NCBI GenBank assembly: GCA_918797485.1
Contig: CAKKNE010000003.1
Coordinates: 2,418,001 to 2,482,000 of the forward strand
Length of the DNA stretch: 64,000 nucleotides
Source: Pelagomonas calceolata
Lineage: Eukaryota
Direction: 5' to 3'
Shown here: piece by piece, positions 53,668 through 64,000 of the stretch
Layout of the letters: each line of letters starts with the position of its first letter
How positions within the stretch are numbered: position 1 is the first letter of the stretch
Notes under the pieces: generated by a model
Told to the model about the DNA's origin: nothing
The model's database searches: none
Seen by the model: only the letters and a program-made list of their open reading frames with translations
Program-made: the position numbers and the translations under genes

Positions 53668-55230
53668 TTAGATCCTTAGCGTGAACCCCCGCTCGAGCGC
53701 CTCGATGTCGCGCGCCCGCCGCCGCGGGGGCTTCCGCAGCTTCAGCATGACGCCGTTCATGAGGTGGCCTGGCGGCATGGGCGCCGGCCGCCGTTCCGGC
53801 GACCGCCGCTTCGCGGGCGCGGGCGCCGGCGCGCCCGCGATCAGTGGCGGCGGCGGTCGCGCCTCGAGGATTCGTGGAGGCGACTTGTAGATCGCGTCTG
53901 TGGCGTGCCGTACGGCATCAGCGTTCGACGTCCGCGGCCGCGCGCCGGCGGTCCGCGGCCGCCGCCGACGCTTCGGGGGCGACGGCGGCGGCGGCGCCGC
54001 GTCCTCGGCTATCCTCCTCGCGGCTTGCTCCGCCTCGCGTTCGTCGATCCACCTTCTGACACCATCCCACAATCTCGACCCATACCCCAGCTGCGACGGC
54101 GTCGACGCGACGATGCCCTCTATATAACTTGCGTCCGAGGCGCGGTTCCGCATCGCGGCCGCTGACCGCGGCCGCCGCTTCTTCCGCTTCCCTTTTTTGG
54201 TGGGCGACTTGTTCTCGCGGACCGCGCCCGCCGAGAACGGCCGCGGCCGCGGTTTCCGTTTTTCAGCTTGTTGCTTCCGGAGCGGCTTCTCGCCCGCTCC
54301 TTCATTCGCGTTCATGTCCAGGCGCCGCGGCGCGGGCAGCTCCTTGCGCTCGTGTATCGCCGTCAGGTTGAAGACGCCGTCGGTGGCGTCCTCTTCCGTT
54401 GCTGGCTCCGGCTCCGGCTCTGGTTCGGCCGGTTCCGAAGGCGGGGAGGCCGTCGCGCCGCCGTCCACTCCAGGTTCGTCAGGAGCGTCGGGAGCGACGG
54501 CCCGGACGAGCGCCGGTTGTACATTCTCCTCGCGGTCGCCGTCGTCGTAGGCGATAGCATAAGAACCGTCCTCGTTCACACCATCAACCTTGCCGGGGAA
54601 CCACTCGTCGTCGCCGCCGAAGCGCGCCTCTACAACATCACCGACCGCCAACAAAGGCTTCCCTTTCCGCGCCGAGCGGCCCCGCACCGCCGCCTGTAAG
54701 ACTGAAGCGGCCTTGTCGTTGGTAGAGAAGGCGTCTACCACATCTTCGGCTTCGACGTCCTTCTCGAGGTGGAAGTCCTCGCGGTACGCGTCGGCGATGG
54801 CCGCCGCGACCTCGCCGGGGGCCGCGACCACCGGCTCCGGCGCGGCAGCCGGCTCCTCCGGCGCGGCGGCCGGCTCCTCCGGCACGGCGGCCGGCTCCTC
54901 CTCCTCGTCGTCGATGATGCCGTCCAGGAGGTCGCCTAGACCATCATCTAATTCAGCATCGAGGTGCGCCATCTCGTTGGACACTTCAATCCCCGGCTCC
55001 GGTTCCGGGTCCGGCGCGTCGAGGATGCCGTCCAGCAGGTCGGCCATGCTGCTCTCTTCCTCAGCCGGCTCTTTCACTCTTATCTCCGCTTCTGTTGCAT
55101 CGGCTCGGAAATCTCCATCTTCGTAATCGAGCTCGATGCCCTTATTTGTTACTGCTCTTACAACAGCGTTGTACCACTCGCCGTCTTCCGGCCAGAGGGC
55201 CTCGACCTGCTGGCCTGGGACGAGCGGCAT
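53668..55230 (-). CDS. Protein with two Tudor/Agenet-like domains and an IQ-like motif
   Basis: GQQVEALWPEDGEWYNAVV...YEDGD and GDVVEARFGGDDEWFPGKV...YDDGDRE; LQAAVRGRSAR. Confidence 0.75.
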   Translation of the reverse strand: MPLVPGQQVEALWPEDGEWYNAVVRAVTNKGIELDYEDGDFRADATEAEIRVKEPAEEESSMADLLDGILDAPDPEPEPGIEVSNEMAHLDAELDDGLGDLLDGIIDDEEEEPAAVPEEPAAAPEEPAAAPEPVVAAPGEVAAAIADAYREDFHLEKDVEAEDVVDAFSTNDKAASVLQAAVRGRSARKGKPLLAVGDVVEARFGGDDEWFPGKVDGVNEDGSYAIAYDDGDREENVQPALVRAVAPDAPDEPGVDGGATASPPSEPAEPEPEPEPATEEDATDGVFNLTAIHERKELPAPRRLDMNANEGAGEKPLRKQQAEKRKPRPRPFSAGAVRENKSPTKKGKRKKRRPRSAAAMRNRASDASYIEGIVASTPSQLGYGSRLWDGVRRWIDEREAEQAARRIAEDAAPPPPSPPKRRRRPRTAGARPRTSNADAVRHATDAIYKSPPRILEARPPPPLIAGAPAPAPAKRRSPERRPAPMPPGHLMNGVMLKLRKPPRRRARDIEALERGFTLRI

Positions 55231-55564
55231 CCTTGCAGTGTCGCGGCGGCGGCGTCCGGTCCCGAACGGCTGCCCCGCGGGCGCGCGGCGCGTCGACAGA
55301 TGCTGTGGTTATGTGGTGCTGCCTCGGGCAGCGTTTTCGGCGGTGCACGCGGCGGCAGCGCGACGTATGGTGTCGTTCACCGCCGTCCCGTCGACGGGTC
55401 GCGTGTTTGTGCCGAGTTTGGGACGCCCAAAGTGCGATGTGCGCTCGGCAAACCGGCTGAAGCCTAGTGGCCCGCCTACTAGCCCGGGGCCGGCGGCCAT
55501 TGACCTAGGTGATACGATAGAAATTAGGAAGAAGACAGAGCGAAAAGTCCTGGAATGAAAGATT

Positions 55565-56734
55565 CTAACTTGACCGGCACAGTTGCTCGCTTCCGCAGCA
55601 TTTCTCGGTGGTCGGCTCGGGATACTCGCTCCCGACGTCCCTCCACGCGCCTTGTACACGCGTCCCGTAGTGCACCTTGTACACGTCGAGCGGCGCATCT
55701 TTGAATTTATCGAGGGCTTCCCGAACCGCCTCCGTAATCCAGGCGTCCCGGTTCCCGAAGGCGCCGCCGCCGAGACTTGTTAGATAGACGGCCTGGCGGC
55801 GCCCCGCGTCGCGGGCCTTCAACGCACCAACAGCAAGCGTCGCTTCGTACGCCGCTCGCAACACCAGTCGCGCGAAGGGCTCCCACTCGGCCGACCGCGC
55901 CGCGCGCCCGTAGGCCACGGGCAGCGCCGACGCGTAGACCTGGCAGACGCGGTGCGTGTGCGGCGGCCGCGCCTGCGTGTTCCAGTGGACGCCGACCCGC
56001 AGCGCGGCCTCCGCCTCTTCAATAAGTTGCGGCGACGCATTTAGTGTGAGCGCGAGGTCCTTGATGGAAGACGACGACGACGGCATCGCGTAGCCGTTCT
56101 GCATCGTCCAGTAGCACTCGTCCGTATTCCCCAGCACGCGGCCGACGTCCGCCAGCAAATCGATCTGCGTGTCGCCCTGCCCCGTTTCATTGACGAGGTG
56201 GTTCCGGAAGACCGTGCCCCCCGGGCACGCCAGGGCGCACTTGGGGCCTTGCGTCGGATCGTTGCAGTAGAAGGCGATGCCCTCCCGTGGACTGACGCCC
56301 GGGCCGACCATCTCCAGCGCATTGAATTGCGAGGCGGCCTGGAAGACGGCGCCGGCGTTCCGCTCGTCGAGGATCAATGGCTCGACGCCGGTCGGCGTGG
56401 GCAGATGCTTAAAGCGCAAGCCCCCAGTTTCGCCATCGCCGAGCTCCGTGCGCAGCTCCGCTAACGAGGGCGTGGACCAGCGGCCCACGAAATGTCGTTT
56501 AAACTTCGGCGCGCCGTCGACGCACAGGACCTCGCCCTCCATGCGAAACTTTGCCCGATTCTCGCGGTAGGAGCTGCCCTCCCGGAAGCCGAAGAGCTCC
56601 TCGAACCATAATATGCTCGATGCTCCCGCCGGCATGTCGCTCCAGAACTGGCGCTGCCCCCTGTAGCGCGGCGCACGCAGCGTTTTGGCTCGGCGCAGCG
56701 TGTGTACGACTTGTGCGCGGATGGCGCAGGACAT
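55565..56734 (-). CDS. Uncharacterised protein, possibly macrodomain/PARG-like
   Basis: FQAASQFNALEM, DPTQGP, AAYEATL, VYLTSLGGGAFGN; the last resembles the macrodomain diphosphate-binding loop. Start 56734 or 56635. Confidence 0.6.
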   Translation of the reverse strand: MSCAIRAQVVHTLRRAKTLRAPRYRGQRQFWSDMPAGASSILWFEELFGFREGSSYRENRAKFRMEGEVLCVDGAPKFKRHFVGRWSTPSLAELRTELGDGETGGLRFKHLPTPTGVEPLILDERNAGAVFQAASQFNALEMVGPGVSPREGIAFYCNDPTQGPKCALACPGGTVFRNHLVNETGQGDTQIDLLADVGRVLGNTDECYWTMQNGYAMPSSSSSIKDLALTLNASPQLIEEAEAALRVGVHWNTQARPPHTHRVCQVYASALPVAYGRAARSAEWEPFARLVLRAAYEATLAVGALKARDAGRRQAVYLTSLGGGAFGNRDAWITEAVREALDKFKDAPLDVYKVHYGTRVQGAWRDVGSEYPEPTTEKCCGSEQLCRSS

Positions 56735-56880
56735 GTACCGGGCGCCTTCCAATGGTGCGGCGCTCTGGGCAGCGGTGTGGCGCCAAGATTGTGCAAATCG
56801 CACTGGAAGACTGGAACTCTCCTCACGCCCGCATACGCGCGCGAGCAAGGCGTCGTGAATAGTAGGAATAACATATACAC

Positions 56881-58611
56881 TCACTTACTCTTGTACGGCC
56901 GCAATCTACCGGCGAGGTCCCAGGGCACCGCCGCGACCAAGTCGGTGGCCGCGTCGCCATGAGCCTCGGAAAACACCCGACCGCGATTTAGAATTTCGTC
57001 CCGCACGCCGCCATACGACGCATCATCATAAGGTAGGGTCACGCGCACGTCCAGCAACGCGTCCGCGAGAATGCCCGCAAGCTGCTCTCTCAAATAACCT
57101 AAATCTCCAGCCGCAGCAGACCCGACGGCCACGTTCTTCGAGACGGCCGCCTTCTCTCTTAAGGAAGAGGAATCATGCATGGCGTCCAACTTGTTGTAGA
57201 AGACGAGCTTCGGGGTCCCTCGACATCCGAGCGCGTCCAGCTCTTCGTCGACGACCTGGCACCTCGCGCGGATGATATGGCGAGGCGCCGACGCGTCGAC
57301 GACGTGCACGATGACGGCCGCATTGCTGACCTCTTCTAACGTGGCTCGGAACGCGGCGACGACTTGCGCCGGGAGCTTGGACACAAACCCGACCGTGTCC
57401 GTGACGAGGGCCGTCTGGTCCGCGACTTGGACTCTACGAGTCAACGGATCTAGCGTCGCGAAGACCTTGTCGTCCACACTAAAGCGATTGTCCTCGTCGT
57501 CCGCGTCCAAGGATTCGACTTCTTCATTTACGAGTGCCGCTAGGAGTGACGACTTGCCCGCGTTCGTGTAGCCAACTAGCGCCACCGTCGGCGCGCCCTG
57601 CCTCGCTCGTCGCCTCCTCTGTAAATCGCGATGCGTCTCGAGCGCCCGTATTTTTCTGTTCAAGCGAGCCGCTCGGTCGCGCATCGTCTTCTGGTCCACG
57701 TCCATCGTTCTACGTCGCTCCTGTTTGTTCGTGCCCAGGGAACCGCCCGTTTCGCGCTCGTCGTCGATGCCGCGGAACAGACCGCCCTGCCGCGGCGTCT
57801 GATACAGTGTTAACGCAAGAGCTACTTGCAAACGTCCCGACCTAGTAGTAGCTCGCTTCGCGAAGATATCTAACACGACAGCGGTCCGATCCAACACTCG
57901 GACAGCCACAACAGGAGACTCCCCTCTCCTCCGCAGCTTCCTATCCTCCTGGTTGATCTTCGCCCGAGCCGCCGCCTGCGATAGATAGGGCGACTCCTGG
58001 CGCAACTCAAAAACCCGAGCCTGCTTCTCCAAAGCTTTCTTTTTTTTGTCAATTTTTTTCGACCGCGGTTGGAGCTCGTCCCTGGAGGCCACTTGCAGCC
58101 GTTTCTCGAGGTTCTTCTGCTGGTCCGGCGTGAGCTCGTCGTCGAAGACGACCGCTACTTCTTCGGCGCCCTCTTCTACTAATTCTTCAATCGCTTCTCG
58201 GATTCTATCTACGCCTTGCGCATCGGTGTACGTCTGCGGGTCGGGCTGCCGCAGTCGTCGTCGTAGTGGTTGACCTACAATGTGTAGACCGGCGCCTTTG
58301 GCGAGCTCGGCGAGTTCGCTGACGGAGGCGTCAAAATCTAAAGCGGCGCCGGGCAGGTCGACGCCGACGAGGAGCGTGGCGGCGCCCTCGACGTTGGGTA
58401 TGTCGGCGTAGCTCGCCGCGAGGTCCGCGTCGGCGACGAAGGCGTACGGGTCGTCGTCGGCTTTTTTTGGGCTGCTTTGTAATTCAAATGAATCTCCTTT
58501 GGAGCTGGCGCGGCGCAGGGGCGTACTCAATGCGAATTTTTGAGTTGCGGGCGGCAAGAGGGCGTTACATAGATGTACTAGACCGAGTACTGCAACGAAT
58601 AGACGCCACAT
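56881..58611 (-). CDS. hflX: HflX GTPase, plastid-targeted
   Basis: FDDELTPDQQKNLE, LDRTAVVLDIFAKRA, VGYTNAGKSSL, FATLDPLTR, DTVGF, FRATLEE, NKLD; signal peptide. Confidence 0.92.
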   Translation of the reverse strand: MWRLFVAVLGLVHLCNALLPPATQKFALSTPLRRASSKGDSFELQSSPKKADDDPYAFVADADLAASYADIPNVEGAATLLVGVDLPGAALDFDASVSELAELAKGAGLHIVGQPLRRRLRQPDPQTYTDAQGVDRIREAIEELVEEGAEEVAVVFDDELTPDQQKNLEKRLQVASRDELQPRSKKIDKKKKALEKQARVFELRQESPYLSQAAARAKINQEDRKLRRRGESPVVAVRVLDRTAVVLDIFAKRATTRSGRLQVALALTLYQTPRQGGLFRGIDDERETGGSLGTNKQERRRTMDVDQKTMRDRAARLNRKIRALETHRDLQRRRRARQGAPTVALVGYTNAGKSSLLAALVNEEVESLDADDEDNRFSVDDKVFATLDPLTRRVQVADQTALVTDTVGFVSKLPAQVVAAFRATLEEVSNAAVIVHVVDASAPRHIIRARCQVVDEELDALGCRGTPKLVFYNKLDAMHDSSSLREKAAVSKNVAVGSAAAGDLGYLREQLAGILADALLDVRVTLPYDDASYGGVRDEILNRGRVFSEAHGDAATDLVAAVPWDLAGRLRPYKSK

Positions 58612-58716
58612 CGTGTCGGAGAACACGAGCCAGTGCTTGCGTCGGCATGCGCCACTATCTAGCGGTCGTAAGACACTAGGAATCACAATAGAGGTATGCG
58701 CCCGCCGCCGATGAAT

Positions 58717-58894
58717 CGGCGACGCGCGGTGACTCCCCCCAGGGGCTCCGCCCACTAGTTCTAGCACCGTAACATCAAGCGAGAGGTATGTAAGAGGTAT
58801 GCTGTTATGAAAGACGCGGCACGCGCCGGCGACGCGCGGTGTCTCCTCCCCAGCCCTGGGCTGGGGCGCCGCCCACGAGTCCCAGCACCGTAAC
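58717..58894. repeat. Degenerate direct duplication
   Basis: cggcgacgcgcggtg...ccgcccac...agcaccgtaac at about 58717-58773 and 58827-58894. Confidence 0.6.
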
Positions 58895-58952
58895 GACAAA
58901 AACGAGCGGCACGCCGCCGACGCGAGTGCACGAGAGACTACTTAGCGAAACC

Positions 58953-59660
58953 CTACTCGTCCGCGTCGCGGTCCAGGTCGAACTCCTGGAAGTCGTCGTC
59001 GTCCCACTCGTCCGAGTCCTCGTCCCAGGACTCCTCCTCGACGGACCCCTCCTCCTCGTCCGTCTCCTCGTCCTCGCCGTCGTCCTCGTCCTCCGCCTCC
59101 TGTTGCGCCTGCCGCATCCGCGCCTCGGCTTCCGATTTCAGCGCCGTCAGCCGCGACAGCTGATCCTCAACGAGGCGCATCTTCTGCGCGAGCAGCTCCT
59201 TCTGCTTCGCGACGGTAGCGGCGATCTCGCGCACCTGCGCCTGCCGCGCCTCCTCCTCGTCCCGCTCCGCGGTACTATCGGCTTGCTCGTCGCGCACCGC
59301 GTCCTCGTCCGGCATCATCATGTCGTCGTCGTCTTCGCTCTCATAATCGTCCTCGTACTCGCCGTCCGACGACTCTTGGGCCCCTTTGCAGAGGTCCCAC
59401 ATCTCTTTGAGGAGGTCGCGCCGTTTCGCGAGGTGCACTTGGTCGTCCTCCGGTGATCCCGAGCGGGGATCGTTGTCGAGGATCGCCATCCTAATCCCAA
59501 TCCGCAACAATTCCGGCCTTAATGGTTCGTCGACGACCATGTCTTTTAGTACTGCGCGGTCCGGTTCCTCCAGCACGCCCTTCATGCGGCTCACGGCGCG
59601 CAGCAACGCAATTAGCACGAGCTTCGTCGACTGGGCGTCGAGGGGCTGGGGCTCGCCCAT
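58953..59660 (-). CDS. Hypothetical acidic coiled-coil protein
   Basis: 235-aa ATG ORF with Asp/Glu tracts and GC3-rich codons. Confidence 0.65.
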   Translation of the reverse strand: MGEPQPLDAQSTKLVLIALLRAVSRMKGVLEEPDRAVLKDMVVDEPLRPELLRIGIRMAILDNDPRSGSPEDDQVHLAKRRDLLKEMWDLCKGAQESSDGEYEDDYESEDDDDMMMPDEDAVRDEQADSTAERDEEEARQAQVREIAATVAKQKELLAQKMRLVEDQLSRLTALKSEAEARMRQAQQEAEDEDDGEDEETDEEEGSVEEESWDEDSDEWDDDDFQEFDLDRDADE

Positions 59661-60030
59661 GGTGGCGTGGTGCTGGGGCAGCGCTGCCCTCGATTAATTG
59701 GCGCGCGCGAGGCCCAAACATCTCAAAACTCGAAATTTCGGGGCCGCCATGGCCGCGAGCGAGCCAACTGCCTTTCGATCGGTCTTGAGTGTCCGCTGAG
59801 CCCTCCGCGCGCGCTAATCGCCGCGTTCCTTTTGCCTGAAAAACCCGAGGCCTAGCTTGTCGACAGCTTGCTTGGGCGACAAAACGGCGCATATTTGAGG
59901 CCACACGGGCGGTGCCGAGCCCTCCTGACACTCATTGCTCGGCTGCGACTACTGCCGCGACTCGTGACGCGCAGCTGAGGCACACTCTCCCACACTTGTG
60001 AGAGCACACTGAGGCACGCGGAGCGAAACC

Positions 60031-61629
60031 ATGCGCTGCCACTACGAGGTCCTAGGAGTAGAGAAAGACGCCGACGACGCGCAGCTCAAGAAGGCCTACC
60101 GGAAGCTCGCCCTGAAATTGCATCCGGACAAAAACGTGGGAGACGCGTCGGCCGCGGAAAAGTTTAAGGAACTCAATGCTTCGTATGAAACGCTGACGGA
60201 CGCGACGGAGCGACGATGGTACGACGACCATCGAGATGATATATTAGCTGGTAGGGACTTGAATGATTCCTCATCCGACGACGACTTCAGAGAGAGAAAA
60301 GGGACGAGACTCAAAAAGCGGGAGGTCAATTTGTGGCCCTACTTCAATTCGAACGCCTTCGATGGGTTTGAGGGTCCTCAAGGCTTCTACGCGGTTTATG
60401 GAGATGCCTTCCGGCAAGTCGAGGAGTCGGAAGAACGAAGTGCGGACGAGCCTGAGATGAGATGTGACTTCGGCGACGCTTCGTCGGAGTGGGAGGCCGT
60501 CAAGGCCTTCTACGACAAATTTGTCGACTTTCAAAGTCAAAGATCATTCTCGGCTTACGACAAGTATCGAGCGTCGACGGACGAGGGCCGAAGGATGCGC
60601 CGCGCGGTCGACCAGGAGAATGCCAGACATAGGAGACAAGCGAAGAGTACTTATCAAGACATGGTGCGGCAATTAGCATTATTTGTAAGGAAGCGGGACC
60701 CGCGCGTCAAAAAACGTATGGAGGACGTGGCGAGGGAACGGGAGGCGAAAAGAGCCGCAGCAGAGGCGCTGAAGTTGAAAAAACGCCAGGAGAACCTCGA
60801 AGCGCGGCGGAAGTGGCGCGAGCAGGGCCCCGTGGACGACGGCTACGAGGCGCGCCAGGGCGTCACGCTCGCGGATCTGGACGATAAAAAGGAGAAGGCT
60901 ACTACTACTATATACTCATGTGCCGCGTGCAAGAAGACCTTCAAATCGGAAAAGCAGTACGCGAACCACTGCCTTTCGAAAGCTCATAAAAAGAAGGCTG
61001 GTAGCTCTGCGCCGCCGCCTCCGCCGCCGCAGAAGCCGCGTGTCGACTCGTTCGATGTGGGATTCTTTTCCGCTACAAGTAACGACGCGGCGATCGCCGC
61101 GGCGCTCGAGTCTGATGATGACGAGGAGGACGTCGACGCCGTCTTTGATGGTGGCGACCCCGACGCCATCGCCGCCATGAAGGACCGCCTCGAGGCCGCG
61201 GCGGCGGCGGCGGAGGCCGATGCCGCCAGCCTGTGGACCGCCGACGCCGCCGAAGACGACGACGCGACGTCCTCGGACTCAGACGGCGCGTTCGTGAACC
61301 CCTTCGCGGCCGCGGCGGCCGACACGTCGGACGAGGACGACACGTCGGCGACGTCGAGCGACTCGGAGGTCGAGGCGCCGGCGCCGGCGCCGCCGCCGGC
61401 GCGGAAGCCGCGCCGGCGCAAGGACAAGGACAAGGCGGCGACGGCGCCGCCGCCGCCGCCGCCGCCCCAGCAGAAGAAGAAGAAGGGCAAGAAGGGCCGG
61501 CGGGGCGCGGCCTCGGACGACGACGTCCCGGCGATGGCGTGCACGGGCTGCGGCGCGACGTTTCCCTCGCGGTCGAAGCTGTTCGCGCACCTCAAGGCGA
61601 ATCCTGGGCATGCGAAGCTGAAGAAGTAA
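60031..61629 (+). CDS. DNAJC21: DnaJ + C2H2 zinc-finger co-chaperone (DNAJC21/Jjj1)
   Basis: [10 protein letters not shown]...[23 protein letters not shown], fingers [17 protein letters not shown] and [18 protein letters not shown]. Confidence 0.92.
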   Translation: MRCHYEVLGVEKDADDAQLKKAYRKLALKLHPDKNVGDASAAEKFKELNASYETLTDATERRWYDDHRDDILAGRDLNDSSSDDDFRERKGTRLKKREVNLWPYFNSNAFDGFEGPQGFYAVYGDAFRQVEESEERSADEPEMRCDFGDASSEWEAVKAFYDKFVDFQSQRSFSAYDKYRASTDEGRRMRRAVDQENARHRRQAKSTYQDMVRQLALFVRKRDPRVKKRMEDVAREREAKRAAAEALKLKKRQENLEARRKWREQGPVDDGYEARQGVTLADLDDKKEKATTTIYSCAACKKTFKSEKQYANHCLSKAHKKKAGSSAPPPPPPQKPRVDSFDVGFFSATSNDAAIAAALESDDDEEDVDAVFDGGDPDAIAAMKDRLEAAAAAAEADAASLWTADAAEDDDATSSDSDGAFVNPFAAAAADTSDEDDTSATSSDSEVEAPAPAPPPARKPRRRKDKDKAATAPPPPPPPQQKKKKGKKGRRGAASDDDVPAMACTGCGATFPSRSKLFAHLKANPGHAKLKK

Positions 61630-62006
61630 GATGTCTGTTGTGTAGTCATCGAGCTGGTGTCGCGTCGGTGGCGTTGAGGCAATCTGGAAGTTCGAGCGGA
61701 GCTATTGTTACGGTGCTAGGACTACTCTGGAAGCTGAGAGAGCTAGCGTATAGCCTCTAGCACATCGAGCCGACAGCCAAAAAAGTCGAGCTGTACGCTC
61801 GTAGCTGCATTAGCAGTCATTGTCACACAATCGAGTAGCGCCCACGAAGCCTTGCAACACGCGAAACGAGCAACCGCTGCGAAACGTGCTGTTCCACCGA
61901 TTCACCAAAAATAGCCAAATATAACCTGAGCTGCCCGTGCGCGGCGCAGCGATACTAATCGGCCAGCCGGCACGCCATCGCGGCGCCGCGCAGCGCTGCG
62001 GACACG

Positions 62007-63936
62007 ATGGATTGCTCGAAGGTGCTCCTGCCCTGCGTCGCGCTCTTAGCCATTGGAGGGTTCCTCACGTCGCAGCAAAAAATCCGCGAGGCCGCCGCGA
62101 CCGATATAGAATACGTGCGCCACGAGATTAGGGAGGAGGTCCACGGCCTCGAGTCGTGGTTAAGGCACCCGCACTCGAAGCACCACCCCGCGGCTGTGGA
62201 TGACGCGGGGCCCGCGGCCTGGCGCGACCTGGGGCGAGATGTCGACCTGTTCCTGAAGCGCGTCGAACGGTTGGAGGCTTCCAACCTGGAGACGCTCAAA
62301 ACTCAAATCAAGCAAGACGAGAAAAAGCTGCGAGTAGCAGAACACCGGGACCAGACGACCCATAAGACGCACACCCGCCACAACGCCAAGCCCGGCAAAC
62401 TTATTTGTGATGGCAAATCGATCCAGCACGAGATCATCTACTGGAAGGACGTCCCGGGGGACATGACGTATGAATCTCCGATCACGCCGCACCACGCAAA
62501 TCACGATCAAAAATACTTGACGTTCGAGTATGACGCGGGCGGCTGGAATAATGTTAGGATGGGCGTCGAATGCGTCGTCGTGTTTGCCCATGCGACGGGA
62601 CGGACTCTTGTAGCCCCCCCGGCCCAGAACTTGTACTTGCTCGGGGCGCCGAACCCGCACTCGCAGAAGCGCAAGTTGGGATTCAACGACTTCTTCGTCA
62701 CGGACCGTCAGTGCTCAGAGTCGTCGACGGCGCCTTCACGGGACCGCGGCGCCTCGACGGCGTGGTCGCGTCGATGGCGTCGACGCGATGCCACGCCGCC
62801 TCGACGCCGTCGACGCGGCCGCATGAGAGTCTACGCGTCTCGCGAGAGAGTCGCCATCGACGCGGCCGCATGCGAGTGTCGCGACGGTATCAAACACAGG
62901 CCTCGAAGCCCAAGAAGGCATGCACATGATTTCCATGGAGGAGTTTCTGAAAAGACAGCAGTCGGAAGTGGAGATCTGGCGAAGGCCCAACGCGACGGAC
63001 TTCTGGGGCCAGAAGCTCTGGAGATATCTCAAAAAAAGTGCGGACGTCAAGCCGGAGTACTCCGGGCAAGTCGTGGCCATGGGCCGCTTAAATCCGACAG
63101 CCGAGACGAAGGCCAAGGACGCGGAAGCGCTCAAGAAGCAAGCCGCGGGTCGGAAAGTGGCCGCATATGATTCGAAAGCCCAAAACGCGCGGCACGTTCA
63201 CTTTCCCGCTGGTGGGAAGCATCGCCTGCTGAACCACTTTTATGCGTTCGGTTTTTTTGGAGATCCGCAGCAGCGCAGCTTCTATCGGCGACTCATACGA
63301 GACAGCATGAGATACAGGGACGAGATCCAGTGCGCCGGGGCGCGAGTCGTGGATGCTGTGAGAGCACACTCTAGAAGATTAGGCAATGATGGCACGTTCT
63401 ACGCCCTACATATAAGAAGGGGCGACTTCCAGTTCAAGGCTGTCAAAATTTCTGCGGGCGAGATCGTCGAGAACCTGCGCGGGAATAGTATCATCCCGAG
63501 AGGCGCCTTGGTGTATCTGGCTACCGACGACCCCGACGGCGTCTGCAAGGGCTGCTGGGCGAACAAGAAACCTTGTAAAGATCAACTCGGAGTCGAGGGC
63601 TGTCCCAAGGACGCGTCGTGGGACGCCTTTGTGAGGAACGGGTGGCACGTTACGGTACTCAGAAACTACACGGAAGCTACCCACGGCACGAATCCGAACT
63701 ACTTCGGCATGGTCGATAGCATCGTGTGTGCCCGGGCCGCCGTCTTCGCCGGGACTTGGTTTAGCACCTTTACGGGCTATATTCACCGCTTGAGAGGGTA
63801 TCATGGGTTGGGCGAGGAGACATATTATCATTCTACCGGCAAGGTCGACCTGGCGCGGTCGCCCAAAAGTATAGGGTCGGGCTACTCGCGCGAGTGGCGG
63901 ATCGGCTGGACGGACGACGGCGGGGCGAATATCTAA
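62007..63936 (+). CDS. GDP-fucose O-fucosyltransferase-like protein; intron 62707-62899
   Basis: N-terminal TM, YLTFEYDAGGWNNVRM, ALHIRRGDF, VYLATD, DSIVCARA..FAGTWFSTFTGYI. The GTCAGT...CAG intron restores the frame. Confidence 0.82.
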
Positions 63937-64000
63937 GGTTACTAGGTGTGGTTTTGTTTGGCGCGGCGATAGCGCCTGGCATCAGGCTTACTGGAGGGGT

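Overview
A gene-dense, GC-rich eukaryotic nuclear window. Plastid-targeted FNR, Deg and HflX genes, the flagellar genes CFAP52 and CFAP61, and introner-type introns point to a pelagophyte stramenopile alga, possibly Pelagomonas (inference). It holds about 35 protein genes or gene fragments and one full U2 snRNA. Four structures stand out. (1) A family of intron-generating DNA elements (introners): one pristine copy at 8847-8950 has perfect 13-bp TIRs and an 8-bp TSD, and older relatives occur in both orientations, some probably with GC donors. (2) A 20-22 bp CTAG-bounded motif (CTAGCGGCRTGTAAGACACTAG) occurs 12 times, always outside confidently called exons and mostly 50-300 bp from start codons. 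(3) The 3' half of a divergent U2 snRNA with compensatory stem changes is fused to a truncated MYND-RING gene. (4) Three broken copies of that MYND-RING family occur, two forming an inverted repeat around a non-coding island with a TA-flanked MITE-like element. All calls come from reading sequence motifs by eye; no database searches were run.
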